Shown here: positions 50,739 through 58,240 of the stretch, one piece after another | Layout: the number at the start of each line of letters is the position of its first letter | Position numbering within the stretch: the stretch's first letter is position 1 | Assembly (NCBI GenBank): GCA_045646605.1 | Contig: JAZRLA010000002.1 | Location: 15,940 to 79,939 of the forward strand | Length of the DNA stretch: 64,000 nucleotides | Origin: Candidatus Enterousia sp. | Lineage (GTDB): Bacteria > Pseudomonadota > Alphaproteobacteria > Rs-D84 | Reading direction: 5' to 3' | Translations under genes and position numbers: made by a program | Notes under the pieces: model-generated | What the model was told of the DNA's origin: nothing | Seen by the model: only the letters and a program-made list of their open reading frames with translations | Database searches by the model: none

Positions 50739-51428
50739 TTATAAGTGTAATTGGTTATCCTTGTATTTTTCTTTTATTAATTGTGCGTATCTTAATGCAG
50801 CACATTTTATCAGGGATTCGCATTTTGTATAACCATCTTTTAACATTTGTTGTGCAGGACATACATCAGGTGTTGAAACTTGGCATTTTTCACAAGAAAT
50901 ATTTTGTTTTGGCATACAATCGTGCGTATCCCATGGTTTGTGCCACTTACATCCAGCACAAGCACCAAGAACACTCATCGAATCAAAAATATATAATTGA
51001 TCCAAGCGTTGTGATTGTATATTAACTTCCACGCAAGAACCAACAAGAAACGAGGGACCGTAAAATGTTAAAACATATGGGACAGAATATTTTTGCAACC
51101 TTTTAAGCATTTCGCATTCTTGCACTTCGTTCGCTGTACGATCTATCAATTTCTTGCAACATGTATTTCCACGCATACCATCAATAGAAATGAATCTTAT
51201 TTCCGTAAAATGTTGCAATTGTTCACGAAAACAATATTCGTTTTTCCATCCCAATACAGGTTTTTGTAAATTTTCTTTCGAAACATGAATACTTTCTGTA
51301 TCTGTCGAGCGATTATATTGTGCTGTGTATACCATATCTTTTAATGCAGGACATTGCTGTGATTCTATATAACACCCATAGCATTGAAAGGCGATACAAT
51401 TATCTTTTGTATAAAATATTCTTTTCAT
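50739..51428 (-). CDS. Cys-rich hypothetical protein (229 aa), possible Fe-S or Zn protein
   Basis: About 24 Cys, including CIAFQCYGC (Cx4Cx2C) near the N-terminus, CC, CAGC and CEKC. No signal peptide. AT-rich codons. Confidence 0.5.
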   Translation of the reverse strand: MKRIFYTKDNCIAFQCYGCYIESQQCPALKDMVYTAQYNRSTDTESIHVSKENLQKPVLGWKNEYCFREQLQHFTEIRFISIDGMRGNTCCKKLIDRTANEVQECEMLKRLQKYSVPYVLTFYGPSFLVGSCVEVNIQSQRLDQLYIFDSMSVLGACAGCKWHKPWDTHDCMPKQNISCEKCQVSTPDVCPAQQMLKDGYTKCESLIKCAALRYAQLIKEKYKDNQLHL

Positions 51429-51484
51429 ATTAAAAACTTTTACATGATTATAATGTATGTGTTCCCAATATCAATATAAAAAAA

Positions 51485-51690
51485 GTTCGTAAATCAGCAA
51501 AACGGTCTCTGTTTTCAACACCTAACTTTCGAACTCACAGAACTATTGGAAATCCAATCAAAAAACCACCCGTTTGGGTGGTTTGAATTTTTGGCAGGGC
51601 CATCTGTGCAATTCACGAGTTGATTTGATTCATGAATTGTTGTTGTTTGGAAAAGAAATTAAGATTTTTTTGAATAAATACTATCATATC
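51485..51690. repeat. Island structured repeat, copy C2 (module 1 + TGGCAGGGCC + module 2)
   Basis: AGTTCGTAAATCAGCAAAACGG…CTTTCGAACTCACAGAACTATTGGAAATCCAATCAAAAAACCACCCGTTTGGGTGGTTTGAATTTTTGGCAGGGCCATCTGTGCAATTCACGAGTTGATTTGATTCATGAATTGTTGTTGTTTGGAAAAGAAATTAAGATTTTTTTGAATA. Confidence 0.65.
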
Positions 51691-51727
51691 TGAACTATGT
51701 TATGCAAATTATTGACATTTATATATT

Positions 51728-52603
51728 TTGTATTATATTATAAACGACAATAAGAGAAAAAACAAATTGGCAATTCAAATAGATTTTGACCGAGCCTTGC
51801 ATGATATGGAATATCATGATTCAACAACACGGGTAACCTTTGGGCCGTATTCGCCGACATATCTTATCGCAACAGATGAAGATGCAAACCAAGATATCAA
51901 ACGTTATATGTATAACGGAAAAGATAAAAAATACTGCGAAAAAGTTCTGACCGTATCGGCATCTGGCGACCATCCATTATTTTGTAAAATGTATGGTGCT
52001 AAACAAATTACTACTTTTGATATAACATATGCATCCAAAATAATTATGGATATTAAAACACTGGCTATAAAAAAGCTTACTTTTGACAACTATTGGCAAT
52101 TATTAAAAGATTTATGGAACAATCCGAACATTACATCTGTGTCAAATTTTGAGAGTATTATGCAAAAATTAGATTCAAACGAACAAAAATATATTCATAC
52201 AATGGATAGAAAATTCGCATTATTTAACTTTGGAACACCGCCAGGTTATTATCATGTTTCGGATACAAATAACCAAAAATCACTTTACGAAGGATTACAT
52301 CTGGCTGATTTGCCAACATTTCCTTTTATTTGGACTGATATTGAAGACCTGGACGCAAAATTGGGTGATAATACATATGATTTTATACATTTATCCAATA
52401 TCTTAGATTTTGTAAATGATGACATCAAAGTATCTGTTTTAAAACAATTGACGCAAAGATTGAATTATGGTGGTCGTATATTAATGCGCAGAATAAATGG
52501 CAATTATCAATTAGTCGACATATGTCAAAACATAGAAAAACAATCAGATGATTTAGGCTTTGTTAATCGTTGGGAACAAATGATTTTATTAAAATGCAGA
52601 TAA
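51728..52603 (+). CDS. Hypothetical protein (291 aa); weak resemblance to the DUF3419/BtaA-like SAM-binding family
   Basis: …VLTVSASGDHPLF… and …IHLSNILDFV… resemble DUF3419 signatures. AT-rich. The assignment is tentative. Confidence 0.5.
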   Translation: MYYIINDNKRKNKLAIQIDFDRALHDMEYHDSTTRVTFGPYSPTYLIATDEDANQDIKRYMYNGKDKKYCEKVLTVSASGDHPLFCKMYGAKQITTFDITYASKIIMDIKTLAIKKLTFDNYWQLLKDLWNNPNITSVSNFESIMQKLDSNEQKYIHTMDRKFALFNFGTPPGYYHVSDTNNQKSLYEGLHLADLPTFPFIWTDIEDLDAKLGDNTYDFIHLSNILDFVNDDIKVSVLKQLTQRLNYGGRILMRRINGNYQLVDICQNIEKQSDDLGFVNRWEQMILLKCR

Positions 52604-52620
52604 TCAAAACAATTTAATAG

Positions 52621-52815
52621 TTCGTAAATGTATGAAACGGCGGCGGTTTTTGATATCCGACTTACGAACTCACAGAACTATTGGAAATCCAATCAAAAAA
52701 ACACCCAAACGGGTGTTTTTGATTCTTGGCAGGGCCATCTGTGCAATTCACGAGTTGATTTGATTCATGAATTGTTGTTGTTTGGAAAAGATGTTAAGGT
52801 GTTTTTGAATACTAC
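52621..52815. repeat. Island structured repeat, copy C3
   Basis: Same two-module architecture as C2. The module-1 terminator hairpin reads CACCCAAACGGGTG here, against CACCCGTTTGGGTG in C2 (same stem, loop reverse-complemented). Confidence 0.65.
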
Positions 52816-52868
52816 CAACTTGACTTTGTAACGATTTTTGCTACTTTCTCAAATGAAAAGAGATATAT

Positions 52869-53273
52869 ATGTCAGATATTTCAAATAAAGAATACATCAC
52901 TATAAATAAAGATGGGGTTTTTGTTGGTGGAGAACCCGCAATTTATTATCGTGGCAAAAAAATGCATTCACAAAGTTTGACACAAACATATTTCCTTTAT
53001 ATACAAGAGAAATTTCCAGTAATTGAAGAAGTTCACGTCTTATCATCAAAAACCGAAGCCAAACTATACAATATAAATGAAAAGCCATCACAACAAGATG
53101 GAAAACATACATGGTGTCGTGTAAAATTTACTAACGGTAAAATGGGATATTGGACACCAAATTTAACGTGGAATAATGCGGTAGAAACCTATTGCTATTG
53201 TGTTGCTGATATTGGTTGGGATGCTGAATTTACCAAAAAATTATTCTTACCAAAAAACGAGAATGAAAGATGA
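52869..53273 (+). CDS. Hypothetical protein (134 aa)
   Basis: Clean ORF. Sigma70-like promoter (TTGACT-17-TACTTT) and RBS upstream. No recognisable domain. Confidence 0.5.
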   Translation: MSDISNKEYITINKDGVFVGGEPAIYYRGKKMHSQSLTQTYFLYIQEKFPVIEEVHVLSSKTEAKLYNINEKPSQQDGKHTWCRVKFTNGKMGYWTPNLTWNNAVETYCYCVADIGWDAEFTKKLFLPKNENER

Positions 53274-53277
53274 TAAA

Positions 53278-53412
53278 TTAAAAAGTTTGTAAATTGGCAA
53301 AACGGTGGCTATTTTTACTACACAACTTACGAACTCGTGAAAGTGTTGGAAAACAAAGAAAAATCGGGTATAAAACCCGATTTGTTTATTTTGGCAGGCC
53401 TACTCGGATTTG
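53278..53412. repeat. Island structured repeat, copy C4 (module 1 only) ending in a 21-nt copy of the tRNA-Glu 3' end
   Basis: GTTTGTAAATTGGCAAAACGG…ACTTACGAACTCGTGAAAGTGTTGGAAAACAAAGAAAAATCGGGTATAAAACCCGATTTGTTTATTTTGGCAGGCCTACTCGGATTTG. The final 21 nt match the 3' end of the tRNA-Glu gene (20 of 21 identical). Confidence 0.65.
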
Positions 53413-53554
53413 TTTGCATACGCTCACCACTCGTAAGACTCGAACTTCGCTATGCTCGTTCTCGTCAACTATCGTGTGAACCGCAGTTCAAATTCGCCAA
53501 GGTAAACCAAAAGGATAAAAAACAACACCCAAAGCGGGTGTTGTTCCTTATCCT

Positions 53555-53629
53555 TGGCAGCCCTACTCGGATTTGAACCGGGATTCTCGCCTTGAAAGGG
53601 CGGTGTCCTAACCATTAGACGATAGGGCC
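53555..53629 (-). tRNA. tRNA-Glu (anticodon TTC)
   Basis: Reverse complement GGCCCTATCGTCTAATGGTTAGGACACCGCCCTTTCAAGGCGAGAATCCCGGTTCAAATCCGAGTAGGGCTGCCA is close to E. coli tRNA-Glu. Anticodon loop CTTTCAA. Confidence 0.85.
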
Positions 53630-53650
53630 AAAACGAAAGCACAAAAAAAC

Positions 53651-53728
53651 TGGCGGGATTGACGGGGCTCGAACCCGCGACCTTCTGCGTGACAGGCAGA
53701 CGCTCTAAACCAGCTGAGCTACAACCCC
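53651..53728 (-). tRNA. tRNA-Asp (anticodon GTC)
   Basis: Reverse complement GGGGTTGTAGCTCAGCTGGTTTAGAGCGTCTGCCTGTCACGCAGAAGGTCGCGGGTTCGAGCCCCGTCAATCCCGCCA. Anticodon stem TCTGC/GCAGA with loop CTGTCAC. Confidence 0.85.
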
Positions 53729-53859
53729 AATGCCGTGACGGTATAATATAATTCTTTTCCGACAAAATCAAGCATTTTTTACAAAAAATTTACGACCGGT
53801 TTTTATAATTATTTTAAACCTATTGATTTTTGATAATTTGATGCTAGGATACAAATGAC

Positions 53860-54025
53860 AGGTGGGTGTCCCATCTGTTGGGCTTAAACAACCCATGTAG
53901 TTGTCCCAAATGGGATGTGTTTTCCAACCATTGGTTGGAGTGTGCGAATATATTGAATAAGCACAGCAAAACTACATTGTTGTTTAGCTCCAACCACTTG
54001 AAATTATTTCGGTGGTTTTTTTAAC
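53860..54025 (+). ncRNA. Candidate small RNA in the tRNA-Asp/lgt intergenic region
   Basis: Sigma70-like promoter TTGATT-17-TAGGAT (~53825-53853). About 165 nt with internal complementary segments (GTCCCAT…ATGGGAT, CCAACCATTGGTTGG palindrome). Ends in an intrinsic terminator AACCAC-N14-GTGGTT-TTTTT (~53995-54025). No ORF >30 codons. Confidence 0.25.
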
Positions 54026-54175
54026 AAAAAGGAATACACAATGTCGCAAATGCTGTTGCTGAACAACATACGAAATTTTTTCAAAAAAAATCCCGCATAT
54101 GAACCAGAATTGGTCGAAATAACCGCCGCGATATATGTCTTGTCATGTCGGGCAATGTATGAAAAACCAAATCCA

Positions 54176-54976
54176 TCATTTCTTGCGATGGTGCAAGGCA
54201 AATGTAAAAAACACCGCACCGGCAATGAACAGGATTCCGGACAACAATTGCCCCATGGTCAATCCCCAACTGGTTAAAAATCCAATTTGCGCATCGGGTG
54301 CGCGGAAAAATTCGCAAATGATTCTAAACACCGCATAGAACATCGCCATTGCCCCACATAGTGCGCCAGGATATTTCCGCAAATTCGTAAATCGATACAA
54401 GCAACACATAATGCCGAACAAAAGCACGCCTTCGGTTGTGGCTTCGAACAAAGGACTTGGGTAACGGGGAACATCGGAAACCCCATTGAAATAAACACCC
54501 AACGCGGAATCCGTGGGTCGCCCCATAATTTCAATGTTTATGAAATTTGCAATTCGGCCAAAGAAAAATCCAATCGGCGCGACCAGTGCGATTAAATCCA
54601 AAACCTGTAACGCGCGCCGCCATTTTTTCGCAAATATAATCGCCGCAACGATTACCCCCAACAGACCGCCATGAAAACTCATCCCACCGTGCCACACGGC
54701 AAAAATATCCAACGGATGTGCCAAGAAATAGGGCAGGTTATAGAACAACACATAACCCATCCGACCCCCGATAATCACGCCCAATATCACGGCGGTCAAT
54801 AAATCATCAAGTTCTTTTTTTGAAAGTTGCAATTCAGCGTTTTTCGACCGCCCAATCCGGCGCAATATAAGATACCCCGATATAAATGCGATGATATACG
54901 CAATCGCATACCATCGCACCGGAAACCCAGCAACCGAAAAAGCAACAGGTGAAATTGGGTCGATGGTAATCGCCAT
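54176..54976 (-). CDS. lgt: Prolipoprotein diacylglyceryl transferase
   Basis: Polytopic membrane protein with Lgt family conservation (…RWYAIAYIIAF…GGRMGYVLFYN…H…GGLLG…). Confidence 0.85.
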   Translation of the reverse strand: MAITIDPISPVAFSVAGFPVRWYAIAYIIAFISGYLILRRIGRSKNAELQLSKKELDDLLTAVILGVIIGGRMGYVLFYNLPYFLAHPLDIFAVWHGGMSFHGGLLGVIVAAIIFAKKWRRALQVLDLIALVAPIGFFFGRIANFINIEIMGRPTDSALGVYFNGVSDVPRYPSPLFEATTEGVLLFGIMCCLYRFTNLRKYPGALCGAMAMFYAVFRIICEFFRAPDAQIGFLTSWGLTMGQLLSGILFIAGAVFFTFALHHRKK

Positions 54977-55225
54977 TTAGTGCCCCAGATCCTTTTCTAA
55001 TTGTGCAACTATTACACGCAAACGCTTCACAATACGTTCAAGACGCTCGTATTCGGCCGTTTCCTTATATGCCGGCGTAGCCCTATCGTATTTTGCCTTT
55101 TGTTCTTCGTACTTGTTACGCAAAATACGATAGGTTGCTTCTTTTTGGATTCTGGGGTTTATATCGGGTGTAATACTCCTTCCCGCGAATGACGTGCTAA
55201 ATTCATAACCTTTGTATATAGGCAT
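54977..55225 (-). CDS. Small coiled-coil protein upstream of lgt (UbiK/BMFP-like?)
   Basis: 82 aa, charged heptads. Functional label from position and size only. Confidence 0.35.
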   Translation of the reverse strand: MPIYKGYEFSTSFAGRSITPDINPRIQKEATYRILRNKYEEQKAKYDRATPAYKETAEYERLERIVKRLRVIVAQLEKDLGH

Positions 55226-55247
55226 TTTTTATCCTTTTTTTTGGAGA

Positions 55248-55613
55248 TTATTTTTGATACGGTTCAAGTCGTTTTTGCAAATCTGCGACGGTAACGGTTA
55301 CAACTTTTTTCTTTTTCTTTTCTTCTATAACAACCTTAATCGAACCATTTTTGGGTCCACCATTTTTGAAATAATCACCAAGGTTACGTGTGGCAATTTC
55401 AATCAATCTCGCCTTTTTCTTGGGATCTGATTCGCCGGCCTCTAATTTGGTAACCTTGTCATAAACGTTATTCAAAAATATAGTATTGGTGTTATCCGTT
55501 TGCATCGAAGAATCCAATGTGCTGTCAACATAGAAACCATCCTGTCCACGGACCGGCAATCTATCGTTTGTGCCATACGGATTATTTTTTCCTGTTCTTA
55601 TCTCTCGTATCAT
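55248..55613 (-). CDS. Hypothetical protein (121 aa)
   Basis: Clean ORF with a Lys-rich C-terminal region; no known domain. Confidence 0.45.
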   Translation of the reverse strand: MIREIRTGKNNPYGTNDRLPVRGQDGFYVDSTLDSSMQTDNTNTIFLNNVYDKVTKLEAGESDPKKKARLIEIATRNLGDYFKNGGPKNGSIKVVIEEKKKKKVVTVTVADLQKRLEPYQK

Positions 55614-55696
55614 TTCGTCATCCTTTTTATTTTTTTATTCTTGAAACTTTTTTCTTATTGTATTATATATTTTCTGAATAACAAGGAGAAAAAATT

Positions 55697-56422
55697 ATGC
55701 CCACAAAAAAAACACCTGTGCGTAAAGTTGCCGCGGTTACCCAGAAAACCGGCGGTATTGACATGTATCTTAAAAAGATATTCACATTAATGTTTGGTGC
55801 CGTTGGCGTTACCGCAATCACAACATTTATCACAATTTACCTTGGGGGAATACGGTTGCTGGTTTCCACCGGCGGAATGACACCGTTCTTTTATATCATG
55901 GTGTTCGGCGGACTTGCGCTGTCCATCTGGGCCCAGGCACGGGCGTTTTCCATGCGGCCGGCGGTTGCGGCGGTTTTACTGTTTACCTATGCGGTGATGA
56001 TTGGTTTTGCACTTACGCCGATTGTTTGGGGCGGGCTGTCGGTCAATCCGGCATCAATCCTTTGGGCATTTATAATCGCCGCGATAATGTTTGCATGTAT
56101 GGCGATGTTCGGGTACAAAACCGTTAAAAACCTGTCGTTTTTGGGGATATTCCTGATGATGGGTATGATTGGTTTGGTGTTGGTTGGTATTGTTTCAATG
56201 ATATGGACACTTGGCGGCACGTTTTCAACAATCGTCTGTGCGGTTGGCGTTTTGGTGTTCGCACTGTTCACCGCGTATGATATGCAGAATTTGAAAAACG
56301 CGTACAACACACTCAGCGATGATACGCAAAAGGATCAACTTGCGGTCCTTGGTGCGTTGCACCTGTATATATCGTTTATTGCAATGTTCCAATATGTGTT
56401 GGGATTGCTGAATCGGGATTAA
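55697..56422 (+). CDS. Bax inhibitor-1/YccA family membrane protein
   Basis: Seven predicted TM helices and the family hallmark near the C-terminus (…FTAYDMQNLK…). Start possibly at the internal Met 55763. Confidence 0.7.
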   Translation: MPTKKTPVRKVAAVTQKTGGIDMYLKKIFTLMFGAVGVTAITTFITIYLGGIRLLVSTGGMTPFFYIMVFGGLALSIWAQARAFSMRPAVAAVLLFTYAVMIGFALTPIVWGGLSVNPASILWAFIIAAIMFACMAMFGYKTVKNLSFLGIFLMMGMIGLVLVGIVSMIWTLGGTFSTIVCAVGVLVFALFTAYDMQNLKNAYNTLSDDTQKDQLAVLGALHLYISFIAMFQYVLGLLNRD

Positions 56423-56443
56423 TAAAAAGCATAGGAGTAAAAA

Positions 56444-56623
56444 ATGGCATATAAAATCGACAAGACTAAATGCATCGGGTGCCATACATGTATGGGTGTA
56501 TGTCCAATGGGCGCAATCAGTGTTGATTCCGACGGTAAATGCGTAATTGACCCGGCAAAGTGCGTTTCTTGTGGCGCATGTGCATCGGTTTGCCCCGTCA
56601 CGGCAATTGCCCCCGCACAGTAA
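56444..56623 (+). CDS. fdx: 2x[4Fe-4S] ferredoxin (59 aa)
   Basis: MAYKIDKTKCIGCHTCMGVCPMGAISVDSDGKCVIDPAKCVSCGACASVCPVTAIAP. Two CxxCxxCxxxCP motifs; below the ORF-track size cutoff; GGAG RBS. Confidence 0.75.
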   Translation: MAYKIDKTKCIGCHTCMGVCPMGAISVDSDGKCVIDPAKCVSCGACASVCPVTAIAPAQ

Positions 56624-56741
56624 ATGTTGGTTTTTATGTTTCTTTGGGGGCGTCGCCCCCATTTTTATACCAAAAACTGTTGCAAAATGCGGAATAAAGG
56701 ATAATACTTAATACGCAAATTAAACAAAAGGGGTTTGAATT

Positions 56742-58106
56742 ATGCCGGCAAAAAGTGTTAATGATATTGTTGCCCTGTGCAAGCGTCGCGGGTTTATATT
56801 TACCGGGTCAGAGATTTACGGCGGACTGGGGGGGACATATGATTACGGCCCGTACGGCGTGGAATTGATGAAGAATATTCGCGCCGCATGGTGGAATGCG
56901 ATGATATATTCGCGCAACGATATCGAAGGTTTGGACGCATCACTGATTGGCAACCGGCTTATGTGGAAATATTCCGGACACGAAGGCGGTTTTTCCGACC
57001 CGTTGGTTGAATGCAAAAAATGTGGCGCCCGCATGCGCCAAGATAAAATGCGCGACCAAACAAAGTGCGACAATTGCGGTTCAACCGATTTAATGCCGCC
57101 GCGTGAATATCAATTAATGATGGGCCTTTCGATTGGTGCGGTTGCGGACGGCGAAGTCAACGCGTATCTGCGCCCGGAAACGGCGACAACAACATATATA
57201 AATTTCAAAAACGTGCTTGATTCCACACCGCACAAGTTGCCTTTTGGAATCGCCCAGATTGGCAAGGCGTTTCGTAACGAAATTTCCCCGCGTGGCTTTG
57301 TGTTCCGTATGCGCGAATTTGAACAGGCGGAAATGCAATACTTTGTCCGCCCGGGCGAAGATGAAAAATACTTTAACCAATGGCGCGAAACGCGTATCGC
57401 GTGGTGGACAAACGTCCTTGGGATACCGGCGAATAAATTGCGTTTCACACCGCACGAAAAATTGGCGCACTATGCCAAGGCCGCGGGCGACATCGAATAT
57501 GAATTCCCTGATGGATTTGATGAGGTCGAAGGTGTCCATAATCGTCAAGATTTCGACCTGGGGTCACATACGAAATCGCAAAATGAGTTCAAGATTGCGG
57601 CGCACGTTATGGAAAATAACGACAGCACGATAAAACTGTGCTATTCCGACCCGCAAACGGGCGAAAGTTTTATTCCGTATGTCATCGAAACCGCGATGGG
57701 TGTGAACCGCGCGATGATGGCACTAATGATAGAGGCGTATACCGAAGAGCAGTTACCCGACGGCAAATCACGCACGGTGTTAAAATTAAAACCGGCATTG
57801 GCACCGGTCAAGGCGGCGGTTATACCATTGGCACGCAATGTTCCCGAATTGGTGGGTTTGGCGGAAAATATCGAAAACGATTTACGGAAACTTGCCATCG
57901 GCCGTATCGAATTGGAAAATTCCGGTAATATCGGTAAAAACTATCGCCGGCACGATGAAATTGGCACGCCGGTTTGTATCACCGTTGACCACCAAACATT
58001 GGAAGATGGTATGGTGACAATGCGTTTCCGCGATACAATGGAACAGGTTCGTGTTGCGATTGCCGATGTGCCAGGGCGGGTGATGGAAATAGTCAGAGAG
58101 TGTTAG
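56742..58106 (+). CDS. glyQS: Glycyl-tRNA synthetase, single-chain alpha2 type
   Basis: …FTGSEIYGGLGGTYDYGPYG…, a class II core and a C-terminal anticodon-binding domain; 454 aa. Confidence 0.85.
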   Translation: MPAKSVNDIVALCKRRGFIFTGSEIYGGLGGTYDYGPYGVELMKNIRAAWWNAMIYSRNDIEGLDASLIGNRLMWKYSGHEGGFSDPLVECKKCGARMRQDKMRDQTKCDNCGSTDLMPPREYQLMMGLSIGAVADGEVNAYLRPETATTTYINFKNVLDSTPHKLPFGIAQIGKAFRNEISPRGFVFRMREFEQAEMQYFVRPGEDEKYFNQWRETRIAWWTNVLGIPANKLRFTPHEKLAHYAKAAGDIEYEFPDGFDEVEGVHNRQDFDLGSHTKSQNEFKIAAHVMENNDSTIKLCYSDPQTGESFIPYVIETAMGVNRAMMALMIEAYTEEQLPDGKSRTVLKLKPALAPVKAAVIPLARNVPELVGLAENIENDLRKLAIGRIELENSGNIGKNYRRHDEIGTPVCITVDHQTLEDGMVTMRFRDTMEQVRVAIADVPGRVMEIVREC

Positions 58107-58107
58107 T

Positions 58108-58240
58108 GGTAAATACGTCATCCCGCGGTATCGGGCCCCGCAAAATTTGAAAAATTTTGTGGGTGATGACAGGCGGGATCTTGTGGTTTCAACTATAATA
58201 ACAAGATACCGCCTTTCGGCGGTATGACGTTTTACTCTTT
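58108..58240. repeat. Mosaic GC-rich hairpin repeat, instance B3
   Basis: CGTCATCCCGCGGTATCGGGCC…GGGTGATGACAGGCGGGATC…GATACCGCCTTTCGGCGGTATGACG shares modules with B2. Between convergent glyQS and 58232..59917. Confidence 0.5.

Noticed and set aside
50590-53412. Possibility that the island repeats are a CRISPR array
   Set aside because: Units are ~200 nt, separated by whole genes of 0.4-0.9 kb rather than 30-40-nt spacers. There are no cas genes.
50282-53650. Possibility that the island is a classical integron
   Set aside because: No intI or attI is adjacent. The repeat units are longer and more conserved than attC sites and lack the R''/L''/L'/R' core organisation. Genes are not uniformly oriented. 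The cassette-like organisation is retained only as a hypothesis.
54041-54338. Plus-strand ORFs 54041..54277 and 54135..54338
   Set aside because: They overlap the 3' end of lgt on the opposite strand. No RBS and no conservation signal; the preceding region is better explained as an sRNA or terminator.
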